A DNA stretch of 32,000 nucleotides from positions 1-32,000 of the forward strand of contig JAQVTI010000001.1 in assembly GCA_028700115.1 (NCBI GenBank). The letters run 5' to 3'. Both the position numbers and the translations under genes were made by a program. The notes below the pieces were generated by a model, which was given only the letters and a program-made list of their open reading frames with translations, had not been told where the DNA came from and ran no database searches. How positions within the stretch are numbered: the stretch's first letter is position 1; the number at the start of each line of letters is the position of its first letter. The stretch is from Candidatus Iainarchaeum sp. (GTDB lineage Archaea > Iainarchaeota > Iainarchaeia > Iainarchaeales > CSSED10-239). Shown here one piece after another: positions 28,309 to 32,000 of the stretch.

Positions 28309-29733
28309 CTATTCTTTATATTTTATTACACTAGAAGTAAATGTAGGTCTAAAAAGAAGTCTAAGAGGATCTCTATTTGGATAAGTAATTACACCATCAT
28401 TTTCAGAAATCATACTTATATTTACTTCAGAAACTTTTTCTTTTCTAAAATCTGTTTTATATTTACTACTTAAAATATATGAGATATTTGGATTATCTTT
28501 AATCTCATTAAATAAATTTTCACCAATAAAAATATTATTAAAAATTTCAGAAAGCTCTGGAAAAACAATTAAAATTTCTTTTTTTATATTTAAAGATATT
28601 TGTTTTAAAATATAATCAATATAATAAGAATAAAAAATATGATCTTTATTAATATTTAAAATTTTTACAGTTCCTATATGGGTATATCTTTGCTCAAATA
28701 ATTTTTTAATATCAGAAATACCAAATAAATTATTATATTTATCTTCAAGAACAACTAATTTAGAAATAACTCTTTGTTTTTCGAAATCTGTAATTTCATC
28801 ATTAATTTCTAATTTAGAAACATTTTCTCTAAGATTAGAGATATTAATAATATTTTTATCATATGCTTTAGAAATTATTAACTCAGAAATATTTGAAAAT
28901 TTAAAAATATTTATAAAAGCAGATTTAGGAATTGAAAATAAAGGAATTTTTAATGAAAAATAATCAATAACTTTGATAGGAAATCCAAAAGGATCCATTT
29001 TTAAATCAAAATTTTCTAAAACCCTTAAATTTTGCTGAGGATATGCCAAACTTACAAACATATTTGTAGAATCAAAAATAACAATTGTTTTTGAAGACAA
29101 AAGATAATTTTCAATAATTATTTTCATTACGAAAATTCTTTCGGCAAGATTAGAACCAAAAATTCCAACAGATTTTAATTGATCTATAGTAGTAGTTATT
29201 AAAACTCCTTCTTTTTTACCTAAAATAAATTTTTCTAAAGTTGTAGATTCATTTAAATTAAAAGATAAAGGAAGATTTGTTAAAATTTTTACAACACTAG
29301 GATCTGAAAAAAAATAATTAATTTCTTCATTTTTTGCAAGTTTTAAAGAAACTAATTTTAGATCATAAGATTTAACAACAGAAATTATAGACGAAACTCT
29401 TTGATTTAATTTATTTATTTTTTTATCAACATGATAAGATAAAGTATTAAAATCAACATGTTCTACATCTGTATGAAGTAAAAGATATTTATAATTATTT
29501 TTTTCACCAATATCTAAATGCTTTTCAAAAATTATAGCAGGATATGGAAGAGTGTTTGCAAAAATTTCTAAATCTCCTTTTGCAAGAAAAATTTTATAAA
29601 CTTGAATTAATGCGTTTTCATTATCTTTTAATTTTAAAAAAGTTACAAAAATATCATCTTTATAAAGTATATTTAGTTCTTGATTACCAAACTTACCTTG
29701 AAAAAGAGTATTCCATGTATTTAAAGATATCAT
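28309..29733 (-). CDS. Uncharacterised protein resembling a HerA/FtsK-like ATPase with degenerate Walker A
   Basis: LKSVGIFGSNLAERIFVMKIIIENYLLSSKTIVIFDSTNMFVSL aligns by eye with the HerA pattern hVAILGSTGSGKSxxxKxLIEELLxxxxxVVIFDxxGEYxSL, but the GK(S/T) is absent. Confidence 0.5.
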   Translation of the reverse strand: MISLNTWNTLFQGKFGNQELNILYKDDIFVTFLKLKDNENALIQVYKIFLAKGDLEIFANTLPYPAIIFEKHLDIGEKNNYKYLLLHTDVEHVDFNTLSYHVDKKINKLNQRVSSIISVVKSYDLKLVSLKLAKNEEINYFFSDPSVVKILTNLPLSFNLNESTTLEKFILGKKEGVLITTTIDQLKSVGIFGSNLAERIFVMKIIIENYLLSSKTIVIFDSTNMFVSLAYPQQNLRVLENFDLKMDPFGFPIKVIDYFSLKIPLFSIPKSAFINIFKFSNISELIISKAYDKNIINISNLRENVSKLEINDEITDFEKQRVISKLVVLEDKYNNLFGISDIKKLFEQRYTHIGTVKILNINKDHIFYSYYIDYILKQISLNIKKEILIVFPELSEIFNNIFIGENLFNEIKDNPNISYILSSKYKTDFRKEKVSEVNISMISENDGVITYPNRDPLRLLFRPTFTSSVIKYKE

Positions 29734-29841
29734 AAAAAAACCTATATATAATATATTATTATGAAAATATTAAAACAAAACATTTTTAAGAAGTAACATA
29801 ATCTATAATTAATATATTTAAATAATAGGTATACAAAATAT

Positions 29842-30423
29842 GTGAAAAATATGGTAGATACACAAATAATACAAGAAACTATAAATGAACTTTTAGATGC
29901 AAATATAGATCAAAAAACAATATATGAAACATTAAAAGATATAGGTGTTGACCAAGGTGATATTGAAATAAATTATAATAAAATAATTAAAAATAGACAA
30001 AATATTAAAAAAGAAAAAACAGATCAAACATCTAAAGAAGAAAAATATGAAAATACTATACCAGAAAATAATAACATAGAAGAAGAAATAGAAGATAATA
30101 ACATTGAAGAAGATAATAACATAGAAGAACAAAAAATAGAATTTAAAAAAAATGAAAATATTAAAAATGAAAAAAATAGAAAAATAGAAGAATCAGAAGA
30201 TAAAATTGAAAATGAAATGATTGAATCTTCAAAAGAAATAAATAATATTAATGAAAACGAAGAAAATAAAAAAATAAAAAAAATTGAAACAAATAAAAAA
30301 AGTCAAACAGAAATTTCAGAAATTTATTCAGAAATTACAGAAATAAAAGCACAAATAAAAGGACTTACAAAAATAATGAAAGATATTCTTGAAGAAAATA
30401 GAAATATACTTAATAAATTATGA
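29842..30423 (+). CDS. Hypothetical charged/coiled-coil protein with low-complexity Glu/Asn-rich centre
   Basis: ORF with a structured N-terminal ~50 aa, a low-complexity middle (NNIEEEIEDNNIEEDNNIEE) and a C-terminal helix (EISEIYSEITEIKAQIKGLTKIMKDILEE). Confidence 0.6.
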   Translation: MKNMVDTQIIQETINELLDANIDQKTIYETLKDIGVDQGDIEINYNKIIKNRQNIKKEKTDQTSKEEKYENTIPENNNIEEEIEDNNIEEDNNIEEQKIEFKKNENIKNEKNRKIEESEDKIENEMIESSKEINNINENEENKKIKKIETNKKSQTEISEIYSEITEIKAQIKGLTKIMKDILEENRNILNKL

Positions 30424-30849
30424 AAAAAGATAATCATAAGATTCTTTTGAAAATAAAAAAATTATTTCAAAAATAATTTCTCTTCTTTCAATTAAATTCT
30501 TCGAAAAAATACTTTTTACTAAACTATCAATTTTATAAATATCTAAAAAAGAATTATTAGTAGCAATAAAAATATCTCTTAAAGTATTCTGTTTTTCAAG
30601 TTCTGGCATATTTTTAAAAATAAAATCTGATTGCTTTCCAATAACATATAAAGGTAAAGACATTTCTTTTAAATTAATAATTTTTTTAATATAAAAAATA
30701 CCTCTTTTATATTCTCTTGGGTAACTTTTTGCAAGAATAGAATTAGATGCTCTTTTTTTTAAAGCTTTTTTATATTTATAACTATTATAAATATTTTCTT
30801 TTTTTAATTTTAAAATAATTTTACTAATAGGCTTATATTTATTTAACAT
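30418..30849 (-). CDS. Hypothetical protein
   Basis: 143-aa ORF, co-oriented with the downstream minus-strand genes; convergent 6-bp overlap with the previous gene. Confidence 0.6.
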   Translation of the reverse strand: MLNKYKPISKIILKLKKENIYNSYKYKKALKKRASNSILAKSYPREYKRGIFYIKKIINLKEMSLPLYVIGKQSDFIFKNMPELEKQNTLRDIFIATNNSFLDIYKIDSLVKSIFSKNLIERREIIFEIIFLFSKESYDYLFS

Positions 30850-30881
30850 ATATTATCAAAAATACATAAAAACTATAACAA

Positions 30882-31190
30882 TTATGCCCCACCAAAAAGT
30901 TTTGAAAAATCAAAACCATCATCTGATGAGTCATCTTTTATTTTTTTCTTTTTAAATATATTAACTAATATTAATATTATTAAAAGAATAAAAGAAGAAA
31001 TAAATCCAAAAGAAAAATCTAAATTAAAAAAATAAAAACATAAAAAATAGATTAATAATAAAAATAAATTAGACCATGAAGCAGAGAAAATAAAAAATAC
31101 ACCTAAAGCAAATGCAGAAAGTATAATATAATTATATTGTGAAGAAATTATAATTAATAAAGAAAACAAAATAAAAGTTAATATCTCCAA
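30882..31190 (-). CDS. Small membrane protein with C-terminal acidic tail
   Basis: Repeated hydrophobic stretches followed by KKIKDDSSDDGFDFSKLFGGA. Confidence 0.6.
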   Translation of the reverse strand: MEILTFILFSLLIIISSQYNYIILSAFALGVFFIFSASWSNLFLLLIYFLCFYFFNLDFSFGFISSFILLIILILVNIFKKKKIKDDSSDDGFDFSKLFGGA

Positions 31191-31219
31191 AATAAAATCT
31201 CCTTTATAAATTTATTAAA

Positions 31220-31477
31220 TTATATTTTTATTTTTATTGCTTTTTTAATATCTGCACCATATATCCAAAAAACTACAACCCCAATTGCAACAATCCAAAC
31301 AAGTTCTTGGAATCTAATAAAAATAAGATAAACAATAATAAGAGTTATAATTATTGCTGCAGTCTTATTTGCAATCTTACCTTTACTCCAAACATATATA
31401 GACATTGAAAAAACTATCAATAACAATAACCATAAAACATCTTGAAAAGATGTTGCTAAAAATATATTTGGATACAT
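31220..31477 (-). CDS. Small membrane protein (about 3 TM)
   Basis: VLWLLLLIVFSMSIYVWSKG...AAIIITLIIVYLIFIRF...LVWIVAIGVVVFWIYG. Confidence 0.6.
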   Translation of the reverse strand: MYPNIFLATSFQDVLWLLLLIVFSMSIYVWSKGKIANKTAAIIITLIIVYLIFIRFQELVWIVAIGVVVFWIYGADIKKAIKIKI

Positions 31478-31506
31478 AATAAAATTAATAAAAGAAAAGT
31501 TTAAAA

Positions 31507-32000
31507 CTACTTAGTTTTTCTTTTATTTGCTCTATTAGAAGGTCTTGCCTTTTCAGAACCAAAACCTTTATTTGAAAGACCTCTATTTTTCTTTGAAGCA
31601 GAAGTTTTACCTCTTTCAGCTCTACCTTTGTGTTTTTCTGAAACAATCCAATTAATCTTTAAATCATTTACAACTGCTGGATGATTTGGATCTACCATAA
31701 TTACTTCATAATATTTTTTTTGACCATCTTCTCCAATTAAATAAGAATTTAAAGCTTCTAAATTTGAATATTTTGCACTAGCTTTTTGTTCAGCCATTCT
31801 TTGAATAGAAATTCTTCTTGTAATTTTATTTACACCCATTCTTTTAGGTCGTCTACCAGCATTTGGTCTTCTAACAAGCCCAGAACCTTTTCTTACCTTT
31901 ACAAAAACTATATTAAAACCTTGTTTTGCTTTATAACCTAATTCTCTAGCTCTAATAGGATTTGTTGGTTTATCAAGCATAATAATTGATCCTTCTTTAT
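31507..32000 (-). CDS. rpl15e: Ribosomal protein L15e (5' end runs off the window)
   Basis: RRPNAGRRPKRMGVNKITRRISIQRMAEQKASAKYSNLEALNSYLIGEDGQKKYYEVIMVDPNHPAV. The frame stays open through 32000 (KEGSIIMLDKPTNPIRARELGYKAKQG), so the ORF-track ATG at 31980 is internal. Confidence 0.95.
   Translation of the reverse strand, partial: KEGSIIMLDKPTNPIRARELGYKAKQGFNIVFVKVRKGSGLVRRPNAGRRPKRMGVNKITRRISIQRMAEQKASAKYSNLEALNSYLIGEDGQKKYYEVIMVDPNHPAVVNDLKINWIVSEKHKGRAERGKTSASKKNRGLSNKGFGSEKARPSNRANKRKTK

Noticed and set aside
29544-30132. Plus ORF 29544-29735 and minus ORF 29932-30132
   Set aside because: Antisense or low-complexity shadows of the larger ORFs at those positions.

Overview
This is an AT-rich, densely coded chromosomal window, almost certainly from a small-genome DPANN-type archaeon. 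Archaeal markers are TFIIB (TFB), ribosomal protein L15e, a Trm5-like methyltransferase, archaeal-type GluRS and TyrRS, and a class III (pilin-type) signal peptide. The backbone carries gltX, tyrS, tRNA-Asn(GTT), trm5, scpA, scpB, a thioredoxin reductase-like gene, tfb and rpl15e, plus several lineage-specific hypothetical and membrane proteins. The accessory parts stand out most. (1) The left edge has the C-terminal end of a possible Cas1, followed by a beta-order DPPY DNA methyltransferase convergent with and overlapping a TaqI-like restriction endonuclease. (2) A complete DisA-type diadenylate cyclase lies next to a Ca2+-type P-type ATPase. (3) The branched-chain amino acid ABC transporter locus is decayed: livK and livH are truncated, livM is intact, and a scrap of a metallo-beta-lactamase-fold gene sits on the opposite strand. 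(4) A Fic-domain gene is bracketed by two near-identical ~53-bp direct repeats. Each repeat ends in 12-bp inverted repeats whose termini match the integron attC core consensus (RYYYAAC...GTTRRRY), so this looks like a one-gene mobile cassette and is my lead candidate. (5) A 474-aa protein resembles a HerA/FtsK-like ATPase with a destroyed Walker A. (6) A giant pilin-signal adhesin is placed between scpA and scpB. No CRISPR array and no rRNA were seen. All family calls come from reading motifs by eye, and no database search was run.
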